Assembly (NCBI GenBank): GCA_963775425.1
Contig: CAVZJB010000017.1
Location: 224,001-288,000 of the forward strand
From: an uncultured delta proteobacterium
GTDB lineage: Bacteria > Myxococcota > UBA727 > VGSZ01
DNA: 64,000 nt
Direction: 5' to 3'
The notes under the pieces: model-generated
What the model was told of the DNA's origin: nothing
Seen by the model: the letters and a program-made list of their open reading frames with translations, nothing else
Databases searched by the model: none
Translations under genes and position numbers: made by a program
Shown: positions 7,856 through 16,476 of the stretch, piece by piece
How the letters are laid out: each line of letters opens with the position of its first letter
How positions within the stretch are numbered: the stretch's first letter is position 1

Positions 7856-10800
7856 CTACGCCACGACGCGCAGCGGGGCCCGCTCCGGGGCGGCGGCGGT
7901 CTTCGGGCGCACCGCGCGAAAGCGCGCGCGCGCGTCGTCCCAGGAGGCGAGCACGCGCGCCGCCAGCGGGCTCCCCGTGAGCGCGGCGTGGCGTTCCACG
8001 AGCGAGCGCACGAGGGCCTCGTCGTCGGCGGACAGCGGGGCGAGGGCGGCGTCGGCGTCGTTCAACCGCAGCGGCAGCTTGCCGGCGACGTCGTAGACGA
8101 ACGCGGCGCCGCCCGTCATGCCCGCGGCGAAGTTGCGACCGGTGCTGCCGAGGACGACGACGGTGCCGCCCGTCATGTACTCGCAGGCGTGGTTGCCACA
8201 ACCCTCCACCACCGCCACCGCGCCGCTGTTGCGCACGCCGAAGCGCTCGCCCGCGGTGCCGCACACGAAGAGCTCTCCCGCCGTGGCGCCGTACAGCGCC
8301 GTGTTGCCGATGACGACGTTGTCCTCGGGGGCGAAGCGGGCCTCACGCGGCGGCGCCACGACGATGAGCCCACCGCACAGCCCCTTGCCGACTGTGTCGT
8401 TGGCCTCGCCGCGCAGCTCGACGGCGACCCCGCGCGGCAAGAACGCGCCCAGGCTCTGCCCCGCCGATCCCGTGAGCACCAGCGTGATCGAGCCCGCCGC
8501 GAGCCCGCTGTCGCCGAACGCCCGGGCGACCTCGCCGGCGACGCCGGCGCCGACGGCGCGGTCGACGTTGGTCACGCGCGCTTCGATCACCGCCGGCGCG
8601 CCGCCGGCGAGCACGTCGCGCACGTGCTCGACGACGTCGGCGGTGGCGTCGAGGTGGCCGGCGGTGTCCTTGCGCTGCATCGCGCGGCACCGCCGCTTTG
8701 CGATCGGCGCCGCACCGCCGTCGCACGCTCCGTCGAGCGCGGTCCCCGCGTCGCGCGGCGCCGCCAGCAGCGCCGAGAGGTCGAGCGCGCGGGCCTTTGC
8801 GAGGGCCACGCCCTCACGGCGGCGCAACAGCTCCACCGCGCCGACGACGTCGTCGAGCGCGCGCGCGCCGAGCCGCGCGAGCAAGGCGCGCACGCCTTCG
8901 GCCACGAGCTCGAAGAACGTGATGATGTGCTCCGGCTTCCCCGGGAAGCGCGCGCGCAGCGCCGGGTCCTGCGTGGCCACGCCGACGGAGCAGGTGTTCA
9001 AGTGGCACTTGCGCTGCATGACGCAACCCTCGGCGACCAGCGCCGCCGTCGCCAGGCCGAGCTCCTCGGCGCCGAGCAGCGCCGCGATGACGACGTCGCG
9101 CGGCGTACGTACGCCGCCGTCGACCTGGAGGCGCACGCGGTCGCGCAGGCCGGTCTCGACGAGCATCTGCTGCGCTTCGGCCAGGCCGAGCTCCCAGGGC
9201 AGCCCCGCGTGGCGCAGCGACGACAGCGGCGCGGCGCCGGTGCCGCCCTCGAACCCCGCGATGACGACGGCGCCGGCGCCGGCTTTGGCGACGCCCGCGG
9301 CGACGGCGCCGACGCCGACGGCGGAGACGAGCTTGACGCTGATGCGCGCGCGAGGGCTCACGACCTGGAGGTCGTAGATGAGCTGCGAGAGATCCTCGAT
9401 CGAGTAGATGTCGTGGTGCGGCGGCGGCGAGATGAGCGTGGTGCCCGGGGTGGTGTGGCGCACGCGCGCGATGCGCTCGTCGACCTTCTTGCCGGGCAAC
9501 CGCCCGCCCTCGCCGGGCTTGGCGCCTTGCGCGATCTTGATCTGCAGGTCGTCGGCGTGCACGAGGTAGGAGGCGGTGACGCCGAAGCGCCCGGAGGCGA
9601 CCTGACGGATGGCGGAGCGCCGCTCGTCGCTGTTGCGCTCCGGCTCCTCCCCGCCCTCGCCGCTGTTGCTGCGCGCGCCGATGCGGTTCATCGCCACCGC
9701 GAGCGTCTCGTGCGCCTCCGGGCTGATGGAGCCGAAGCTCATGGCACCCGTCACGAACCGCTTCACGATCTCGCTCGCCGGCTCCACCTCCTCGAGCGGC
9801 ACCGGCGCGCGGCGATCGAACGCGATATCGAGGAGGCCGCGCAGGGTGGTGGGCCGATCCTCGTCGTCGGCGGCGGCGCAAAAGCGCGCGAACGCCTCGG
9901 CGTCGCCGGTGCGCGCGGCCTTCTGGAGCAGGTGCACCGTCGACGGCGCCCAGCGATGGCGCTCGCCGTCGCGGCGGAACTGGTAGACGCCTCCGGTCGG
10001 CAGCAGCGCGAGCGCCGGCGCAGCGCCGGCTCCCGGCGCGGCGCCTGGGGCGACCGGAGGGAAGCCGCGGGCGTGCCGCGCGGCGTTTTCGTCGTGGAGC
10101 TCGCGCCAGCTCACGCCACCGATGCGCGACGGCGTGCCCGTGAAGTGCGCGTCGACGAGGTCCTGCGCGACACCGACGGCCTCGAAGATCTGCGCGCCGG
10201 CGTAGCTCTGGAGCGTCGAGATGCCCATCTTGGACATGACCTTGAGGAGACCGCGGCGCAGCGCCTCGATGTAGCGGCGCTGCGCCTCGTCTTCGCCGCC
10301 GCTCACGTGGCCGGCGCCGGCCAGCGCGCGGATGCTCTCGAGCGCGAGCCACGGGTTCACCGCCGCCGCGCCGTACCCGATGAGCGCCGCCACGTGGTGC
10401 ACCTCGCGCACTTCGGCGCTCTCGACCACGAGCCCCGTGAGCATGCGGATGCCGTCGCGGACCAGGCGCTGGTGCACCGCGCTCACCGCGAGGAGCGCGG
10501 GGATGGCCGTGTGGCGTGTGTCCACGGCGGAGACGAGCGGTGCGTCGTCCGCGCCCGCGTCGACGTCGGCGCAAGGGAGGCCGATGCGGTCCGAGAGGAT
10601 CAGGATGTTCGCGCCGTCGTCCACCGCGCGCACGGCCTCGTCGCACAGCGCCGCCACGGCCGTCTCGAGCGCGCCGCCGCCGCCGTCGACGGCGTAGAGC
10701 GTAGAGAGCCGACGAGCCTCGAACACGCCCTCGTCGACGGCGGCGAGCTTGGCGAGCTCGCCGTTTCTGAGGGTGGGACCCGGTAGCGCGAGCTGGTGAC

Positions 10801-12415
10801 AGTGCTCCGGCGTCTCCTCGAACGTGTTGCCGTCGGGGCCGATGGCGATGGACGTCGACATCACCAGCGACTCGCGCAGCGGATCGATGGGCGGGTTGGT
10901 GACCTGCGCGAAGAGCTGGTGGAAGTAGTCGAACAACGACGGCGCGCGATCGGAGAGCACGGCGAGCGGCGTGTCGTTGCCCATGGACCCCACGGGCTCG
11001 CTGCCGCCTTCGGCCATGGGCTGCAGGATGGTGAAGATGTCCTCGTCGGTGTAGCCGAACGCCCGCTGCAGCTGCGTGAGCGCGGCGGGCGACGGCGACG
11101 GCAGCCGCGGCGCGCGCGGCAGCATGTCGAACGTGTAGCGGTGGCGCGACAGCCACCGGCGGTACGGGAAGCGCCGCGCGATCTCGCGCTTGACCTCGTC
11201 GTCTTCGAGCACCTTCTGCTCGGCCACGTCGACGAGCAGCATGCGCCCGGCCTCGAGGCGTCCCCTCTTCACCACGCGCTCGGCCGGCACCTCGAGCGCG
11301 CCCGCCTCCGAGGCGAGCACCACGCGATCGTCGTCGGTGATGCACCAACGCGCGGGCCGCAGCCCGTTTCGGTCGAGGGTGGCGCCGAGGAGGTTGCCGT
11401 CGGTGAAGCACATGGCGGCCGGACCGTCCCAGGGCTCCACGAGGGTGCTCGCATACTCGTAGAACGCGCGGCGGTCGTCGTCGATCTCGGGATCGCGCTC
11501 CCACGCCTCGGGGATCATCATCATCATCGCGTGCGGCAGCGAGCGGCCGCCGAGGACGAGGAGCTCCACCAGCGCGTCGAAGTGCGCGGAGTCCGACGTG
11601 CCCGGCACCAGGATGGGCCACAGCTCGATGAGCCGCTCGATCTTCGCGGTCTTCAGCAGGCTGCGCCGCGCGCGCATCCAATTCACGTTCCCGCGGAGCG
11701 TGTTGATCTCGCCGTTGTGCGCGAGCAGGCGCATGGGCTGCGCGCGCTCCCAGGTCGGCGACGTGTTCGTCGAGAAGCGCGAGTGCACGACCGCGAGGGC
11801 GCTCACCATCTCGGCGTCCTCGAGGTCCGGGTACAGCGAGCGCAACTGGCGCGGCAGCGCCATGCCCTTGTACACGATGGTCTCCGCCGACAACGACGCC
11901 ACGTGAAGCTCGGCCACCCCCAGCTCGCGCGCGCGGTTCTCGACGCGCTTCCGGATGACGAACAGGGCGCGCTCGAACTGCTGCGGCAGGAGGCGGCGGC
12001 GCTCGACGTAGACCTGGCGCATGGCGGGGCGCGTGGCGCGCGCGTGGGCGCCGAGGTGGTGGTCGAGCACGGGGACGTCACGCCAGCCGAGCACGCGCTG
12101 GCCCTCCTCGAGCACGGCGGCCTCGAAGAGCTTCTCCACGGCGACGCGCGCCCCCGGATCGCGCGGCAGGAAGAGCTGGCCGACGGCGTAGCGACGACGG
12201 CGCGGCATCTCGAAGCCGAGCTTGAGTCCCTCGCGCTTGAAGAAGCGGTGCGGCAGTTGGAGCAGGATGCCCGCGCCGTCGCCGCTGTCCGGGTCCGCGC
12301 CGGCGGCGCCGCGGTGGCTGAGCCGCACGAGCAACGACAGCGCGTCGTCGACGATGGCCCTCGACTTGTCGCCCCGCACGTTCGCCACGAACCCGACGCC
12401 GCACTCTTCGCGCAT
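7856..12415 (-). CDS. gltB: Glutamate synthase large subunit
   Basis: CGVGF amidotransferase N-terminus, HSRFSTNT, AHNGEINT, MSFGSIS, QGAKPGEGG, SPPPHHDIYSIEDL, CxxxxxCHLNTC 3Fe-4S motif, C-terminal GXGXG domain. Start may be 12415 or 12439. Confidence 0.97.
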   Translation of the reverse strand: MREECGVGFVANVRGDKSRAIVDDALSLLVRLSHRGAAGADPDSGDGAGILLQLPHRFFKREGLKLGFEMPRRRRYAVGQLFLPRDPGARVAVEKLFEAAVLEEGQRVLGWRDVPVLDHHLGAHARATRPAMRQVYVERRRLLPQQFERALFVIRKRVENRARELGVAELHVASLSAETIVYKGMALPRQLRSLYPDLEDAEMVSALAVVHSRFSTNTSPTWERAQPMRLLAHNGEINTLRGNVNWMRARRSLLKTAKIERLIELWPILVPGTSDSAHFDALVELLVLGGRSLPHAMMMMIPEAWERDPEIDDDRRAFYEYASTLVEPWDGPAAMCFTDGNLLGATLDRNGLRPARWCITDDDRVVLASEAGALEVPAERVVKRGRLEAGRMLLVDVAEQKVLEDDEVKREIARRFPYRRWLSRHRYTFDMLPRAPRLPSPSPAALTQLQRAFGYTDEDIFTILQPMAEGGSEPVGSMGNDTPLAVLSDRAPSLFDYFHQLFAQVTNPPIDPLRESLVMSTSIAIGPDGNTFEETPEHCHQLALPGPTLRNGELAKLAAVDEGVFEARRLSTLYAVDGGGGALETAVAALCDEAVRAVDDGANILILSDRIGLPCADVDAGADDAPLVSAVDTRHTAIPALLAVSAVHQRLVRDGIRMLTGLVVESAEVREVHHVAALIGYGAAAVNPWLALESIRALAGAGHVSGGEDEAQRRYIEALRRGLLKVMSKMGISTLQSYAGAQIFEAVGVAQDLVDAHFTGTPSRIGGVSWRELHDENAARHARGFPPVAPGAAPGAGAAPALALLPTGGVYQFRRDGERHRWAPSTVHLLQKAARTGDAEAFARFCAAADDEDRPTTLRGLLDIAFDRRAPVPLEEVEPASEIVKRFVTGAMSFGSISPEAHETLAVAMNRIGARSNSGEGGEEPERNSDERRSAIRQVASGRFGVTASYLVHADDLQIKIAQGAKPGEGGRLPGKKVDERIARVRHTTPGTTLISPPPHHDIYSIEDLSQLIYDLQVVSPRARISVKLVSAVGVGAVAAGVAKAGAGAVVIAGFEGGTGAAPLSSLRHAGLPWELGLAEAQQMLVETGLRDRVRLQVDGGVRTPRDVVIAALLGAEELGLATAALVAEGCVMQRKCHLNTCSVGVATQDPALRARFPGKPEHIITFFELVAEGVRALLARLGARALDDVVGAVELLRRREGVALAKARALDLSALLAAPRDAGTALDGACDGGAAPIAKRRCRAMQRKDTAGHLDATADVVEHVRDVLAGGAPAVIEARVTNVDRAVGAGVAGEVARAFGDSGLAAGSITLVLTGSAGQSLGAFLPRGVAVELRGEANDTVGKGLCGGLIVVAPPREARFAPEDNVVIGNTALYGATAGELFVCGTAGERFGVRNSGAVAVVEGCGNHACEYMTGGTVVVLGSTGRNFAAGMTGGAAFVYDVAGKLPLRLNDADAALAPLSADDEALVRSLVERHAALTGSPLAARVLASWDDARARFRAVRPKTAAAPERAPLRVVA

Positions 12416-12467
12416 GTGGCTGTTTACGCGTCGCGTCAATCGCGCGCAACCGCCCCCGGCGACCCGC

Positions 12468-14363
12468 TCAATCGAGCGAGGTGAGCGCCGCCGCCACCTC
12501 GATGTCCAGGGGCGCGCGCCGGACGCACTCCTGCAGGAGGCTGCGCGCGCGCGCGGCGTCGCCGTCCTTGGCCGCCACGAGCCCGAGGAAGAACAAGGGC
12601 CGCATGGACTGCGGGTGCTCGCGCATGACGTTCATCAGGCGCGCGACGCCGTTCGCGTCGCCCGTGAGGACCTCGGCCCAGCCGAGGTAGCTCTCGAACT
12701 CGGCGTCGCCGGGGCGGCTCTCCACCGCCCGGGCAAAACAAGCGCGCGCCTTGTCGGGATCGGCGGCGGCGAGCGCCTGCTGTCCCTCCAGGAACGCGTC
12801 CTCGTCGCGGGCGCGCTGCTCGTGGCCCTGCGCAGGCATCTGGTAGGCGAGCAGCGCGTCGTACGCGGCGCGGCGATCGGGATCGGCGAAGGTCTGGTAG
12901 GCGTCGTCGAGGAGCGTCCACAGCTCGCGCGCGGCGGGCGTCGCCGGGCCGAGCGCCTTGCCCATCACCGCGCCGGGCCCGATCTCGCGGGCGAGCTCGT
13001 CGAGCCGCGCCTTGGTGACGTCCGACGCGACGTCGCAGGGCAGGTCGAGCAGGTCGTAGTAGGAGCGCCCGCGCCCCTTGAGGAGCATCCCGCAGATCCG
13101 GTTCACGAGCTCGCGGTCGACGAGCTCGGCGGCGAGCTCGTTGCGCATCATCTCCGGCAGCGGCCGCGGATCCGGGGCGCCGTCCGAAGCGAGGCGCACG
13201 AGGCCCGCGAGGTGCGCGGCGAAGACCTCCTGGCTCGACGAGCTCTTCGCCGCCTCCGCCACCGTCGGCGTGCCGGCCAGGACCACGGTGGGCAGCGTGG
13301 CGTCGGGCCTCACACGGGCGAACGCGAGCAGCAGATCGTCGAAGTCCGGGGCCTTGTCGAGCCGCTCGGCCTTGTGCGCGGCGACGAAGATGTCGGCGTC
13401 CTCGAGCTGGCCGGGCTCGAAGCCGAAGGAGAGGATGACGTCGATGAGCTGGAGCCCGGACACCGCCATCCGGTGCGCCTCCTGCTCGTCGTCGATCACG
13501 CGCAGCCGCCCCGTCCACATGAGCGCGCGGCGCACGCGGGTCGCCGCCTGCTCGTCGACGAAGCCGAGCGCCTCGTCGGCGCTGCACAGGCCGAGCGCGA
13601 GGAGCGCCTCGGCCACGCGCTCGCCCTCCTTGGCCATGCGCGCGTTGAGCATGCGCATCTGCTCGGTGGTGAGCCGGCCCTGCTTCCACAGACGCTCGCC
13701 GAGGAGGTGCTCGCGGAGGTTGTCGGAGGCGCCGACCACCACGCCGCGCAAGAAGGCGAGCTTCAAGTGACTGGACTCGTCGACGAGCACGACGGTCCCC
13801 GTGAGGCGCTGGCGCGCACAGGCGAGCAGCGCCTGGGCGACCTCCTTCGGCGCGGCCACCGCAATCTCGTGGGGCAGCGAGGGGGCGCGGCGCGCGGCGG
13901 GATCGCTCTTGGGCGGCGGGGAGAGGTCGCTCGTCGCCGCCGGCGCGGGATGCGGGGCCGGACGGGGCGCGGGCGTCGTCTCGAGCGCCTTGCCGTGTTT
14001 GAGGAGGATCTCGACGAGCTTGTCCTTGAGATCGCCGAGGATGAACGGCTTGGCGAAGAACGCGTCGACGCCCTGGTCGAACGCGTCCTTGCGGGCCTTT
14101 GGCCCCTTGAACGCGGCGGTGATCATCACGACACCGACGTCGTGCCCCTTGGGCATGGCGCGGACGGCGCGGATCACGTCGTAGCCCGACTTCCTGGGCA
14201 GGAGGCCGTCGGTGACCACGATGTCGAAGGCGTGCTCGGTGAACGTCTTGATGCCGACCTCGCCGTCGCCCACCGCGGTGACCGCGAAGCCGGACCGTTT
14301 CAGGAAGCGCTCGAGGAGGGCGCGGATGTCCGCGTCGTCCTCGATCAGGAGCAGCCGGGCCAT
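12468..14363 (-). CDS. Response-regulator receiver + DUF4388-like + J-domain-like + TPR protein
   Basis: REC (LLIEDD, D-GLLP, KPF); LLGERLWKQGRLT...RVAEALLALG; SYYDLL...AYQTFADPDRRAAYD; C-terminal TPR-like helices. Confidence 0.8.
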   Translation of the reverse strand: MARLLLIEDDADIRALLERFLKRSGFAVTAVGDGEVGIKTFTEHAFDIVVTDGLLPRKSGYDVIRAVRAMPKGHDVGVVMITAAFKGPKARKDAFDQGVDAFFAKPFILGDLKDKLVEILLKHGKALETTPAPRPAPHPAPAATSDLSPPPKSDPAARRAPSLPHEIAVAAPKEVAQALLACARQRLTGTVVLVDESSHLKLAFLRGVVVGASDNLREHLLGERLWKQGRLTTEQMRMLNARMAKEGERVAEALLALGLCSADEALGFVDEQAATRVRRALMWTGRLRVIDDEQEAHRMAVSGLQLIDVILSFGFEPGQLEDADIFVAAHKAERLDKAPDFDDLLLAFARVRPDATLPTVVLAGTPTVAEAAKSSSSQEVFAAHLAGLVRLASDGAPDPRPLPEMMRNELAAELVDRELVNRICGMLLKGRGRSYYDLLDLPCDVASDVTKARLDELAREIGPGAVMGKALGPATPAARELWTLLDDAYQTFADPDRRAAYDALLAYQMPAQGHEQRARDEDAFLEGQQALAAADPDKARACFARAVESRPGDAEFESYLGWAEVLTGDANGVARLMNVMREHPQSMRPLFFLGLVAAKDGDAARARSLLQECVRRAPLDIEVAAALTSLD

Positions 14364-14443
14364 CCGGGCACATTACGTGGGGATCGGGGATGACAAACGA
14401 ATTTCGTAGGGCATGCTCACCGCGAGACAACCCGAGGTCCTCC

Positions 14444-15478
14444 ATGTTGCGCACCGCTATCGGCCTGTCCCTCCTCACGCTGTTCGTGACGCTGTTCGTC
14501 GGCACCACGAGCACCTCTTGCACCATCACGCGCGTCGAGGACGGCGAGGGTGAGGGTGAGGGAGACACCGGCGAAGGCGAGGGCGAAGGCGAGGGCGAGG
14601 GCGAAGGCGGCGTCGAGAACACGGACGCGCTCTGCTCCGACGGCCTCGACAACGACGGCAACGGCTTCACCGACTGCGACGACTTCGCCTGCGACGGCAC
14701 CGCGCCCTGCTCCGAGAGCAACTGCGGTGACGGCATCGACAACGACGGCAACGGCTTCACCGACTGCGCCGACTTCGCCTGCAGCGGCAACGGCACCACC
14801 CCGCCGGATCCCGCCTGCGTCCTCGCCACGGCCACGACCATCCAATCCATCCAGGACGGCACCAACGGCGCGGGCTTCACGGTGACCACGGATCCCGTCG
14901 TCGTCACCGGCACCGCGGTGAGCGGCAGCGGCAACGTCACGCTCTACGTCCAGGAGCCCAACGGCGTCACCTCCGGCGGGCACACGTACCCCGAGTTCTC
15001 GGGCGTCGGCGTCTTCGTCAAGAACGATCAGGTGGCCACGTTCCCCGCGGTGAGCGGCATCGCCATCGGCGACTGCGTGCAGATCACGGGCAAGGTCACC
15101 GAGTTCTCCGGGCTCACGCAGCTCTCGTTCGTCACGGCGTTCGACGCCGTCGGTGGCTGCGGGGAGGCGCCCGTCGCGGCGGTCAAGACGGTGGACTCCA
15201 TCAACGACACCGGCGCCGACTCCGAGGCGTTCGAGGCCACGCTCATCGAGGTGGACAACGTCACCCAGAGCGATGACGTGGTGAACGGCAACTTCCACGT
15301 TCAGGACGGAAACGGCGCCACGCTCTTCGTGAACGGCTTCCTCCTCGCCAACGACCCCACCAGCACCAACGGCACCGCCTTCGCGTCCATCACCGGCGTC
15401 CTCACGGAGTTCGACGCCCAGGACGGCACCGTCCGCTTCAACATCGAGCCCCGCACCGCGGCCGACCTCGTTCAGTAG
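14444..15478 (+). CDS. Secreted acidic protein with GE repeats, two C-xDGxDNDGNGFTDCxDFAC repeats and OB-fold-like C-terminus
   Basis: Signal peptide, (GE)n run, duplicated Cys/Asp motif, IGDCVQITGKVTEF OB-like strand pattern. Confidence 0.7.
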   Translation: MLRTAIGLSLLTLFVTLFVGTTSTSCTITRVEDGEGEGEGDTGEGEGEGEGEGEGGVENTDALCSDGLDNDGNGFTDCDDFACDGTAPCSESNCGDGIDNDGNGFTDCADFACSGNGTTPPDPACVLATATTIQSIQDGTNGAGFTVTTDPVVVTGTAVSGSGNVTLYVQEPNGVTSGGHTYPEFSGVGVFVKNDQVATFPAVSGIAIGDCVQITGKVTEFSGLTQLSFVTAFDAVGGCGEAPVAAVKTVDSINDTGADSEAFEATLIEVDNVTQSDDVVNGNFHVQDGNGATLFVNGFLLANDPTSTNGTAFASITGVLTEFDAQDGTVRFNIEPRTAADLVQ

Positions 15479-15491
15479 GGCGCGTCGCCGC

Positions 15492-15923
15492 TCACCTGCC
15501 GGCCTGGCAGCGCTCCTGCACGGCGCCGATGAGGCGCGTGCAGCGCGCCTGGGACGCCGCGGGCACGCCGGTGCAGCGGGTGCCCGCCCAATGCACGCTG
15601 GCGAGGATGTCGTTGCGCGCGGGGATGCCGTCGCAAAAGCCGGCGGGGAGGGTCGCGGTCTTGAGGCAGCCCTCGAGGAACACCTTGTTGGTGGCCTCGT
15701 CGAGCGCGCCGCCGAGCGAGGGCAGGCGCCGCTCGGCCTCGGCGACGCAGGCGGCGGCGTCTCTTCCCTCGCCGAAGTGCGCGCCCTCCTTGAACGCGCC
15801 CTTGCCCGCCTCGACGAGCTCGCCCTGGTGCGCGCGCACCCAGAACACGCCGCCGGCGACGAGCGCGGCGGCGACGACGACGGCGGCGCCGCAGCCGATG
15901 GCCACCACCTTGCCCGCGCTCAT
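15492..15923 (-). CDS. Hypothetical membrane-anchored Cys-containing protein
   Basis: N-terminal TM segment (VVAIGCGAAVVVAAALVAGGVFWV), several Cys, GAGG RBS. Confidence 0.65.
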   Translation of the reverse strand: MSAGKVVAIGCGAAVVVAAALVAGGVFWVRAHQGELVEAGKGAFKEGAHFGEGRDAAACVAEAERRLPSLGGALDEATNKVFLEGCLKTATLPAGFCDGIPARNDILASVHWAGTRCTGVPAASQARCTRLIGAVQERCQAGR

Positions 15924-15960
15924 GGGCGGCCCCTCGTCATGAGCGAGCGGAGGGAGCACC

Positions 15961-16476
15961 TCATTTGACGAGCTTCCCGTTTTTGTACCGGACGTCCGCG
16001 AGCGTTTCGCCGCGCTCGTCCCACTCGCGAAACACGCCGTCGGGCTTGCCCTTCACGTAGGTGACCTCCTGCTTGCGCTGGCCGTTTTCGTGCCACAGGA
16101 GCCAGCGCCCGTCGCGCGCACCGTCTTTGTACGCACCGCTGATGGCTTTCACCCCGTTGTCGTGCCACGCCTCGTAGGGCCCGTCGCGCACGGCCTTGCC
16201 GTCGGGGCCGTCGCGCTCGCACCACGTCTCGCGCCCGTCGGGCGGCTCGGCGCCGACGCGCTTGGCGCCGGCGGGGCACGGCGTGCCCGCGAGCGCTTGC
16301 TGCAGGGTGCTCTCGAGGCGCGCGCGCTCCTCGGCGGCGATCTGCGAGCCGGCGTCGACGACGCCGGCGTCCTTCACGGGGGTCGGCGGCGGCGGAGGCT
16401 TCTTGCAGCCGACCCAGGCGAGCGCCGCGCAGGCGAGCGGGAGCAACAGGCGGTGGCGTGGGCGCGTCACGGTCAC
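15961..16476 (-). CDS. Lipoprotein with MORN-variant (YwqK-like) repeats
   Basis: Lipobox WVGC; repeats GPYEAWHDNGVK, GRWLLWHENGQRK, GVFREWDERG; GTGA overlap with the kinase stop. Confidence 0.8.
   Translation of the reverse strand: MTVTRPRHRLLLPLACAALAWVGCKKPPPPPTPVKDAGVVDAGSQIAAEERARLESTLQQALAGTPCPAGAKRVGAEPPDGRETWCERDGPDGKAVRDGPYEAWHDNGVKAISGAYKDGARDGRWLLWHENGQRKQEVTYVKGKPDGVFREWDERGETLADVRYKNGKLVK

Noticed and set aside
15961-16476. YwqK antitoxin of a toxin-antitoxin pair
   Set aside because: No toxin-like neighbour; it has a lipoprotein signal and these repeats are generic.
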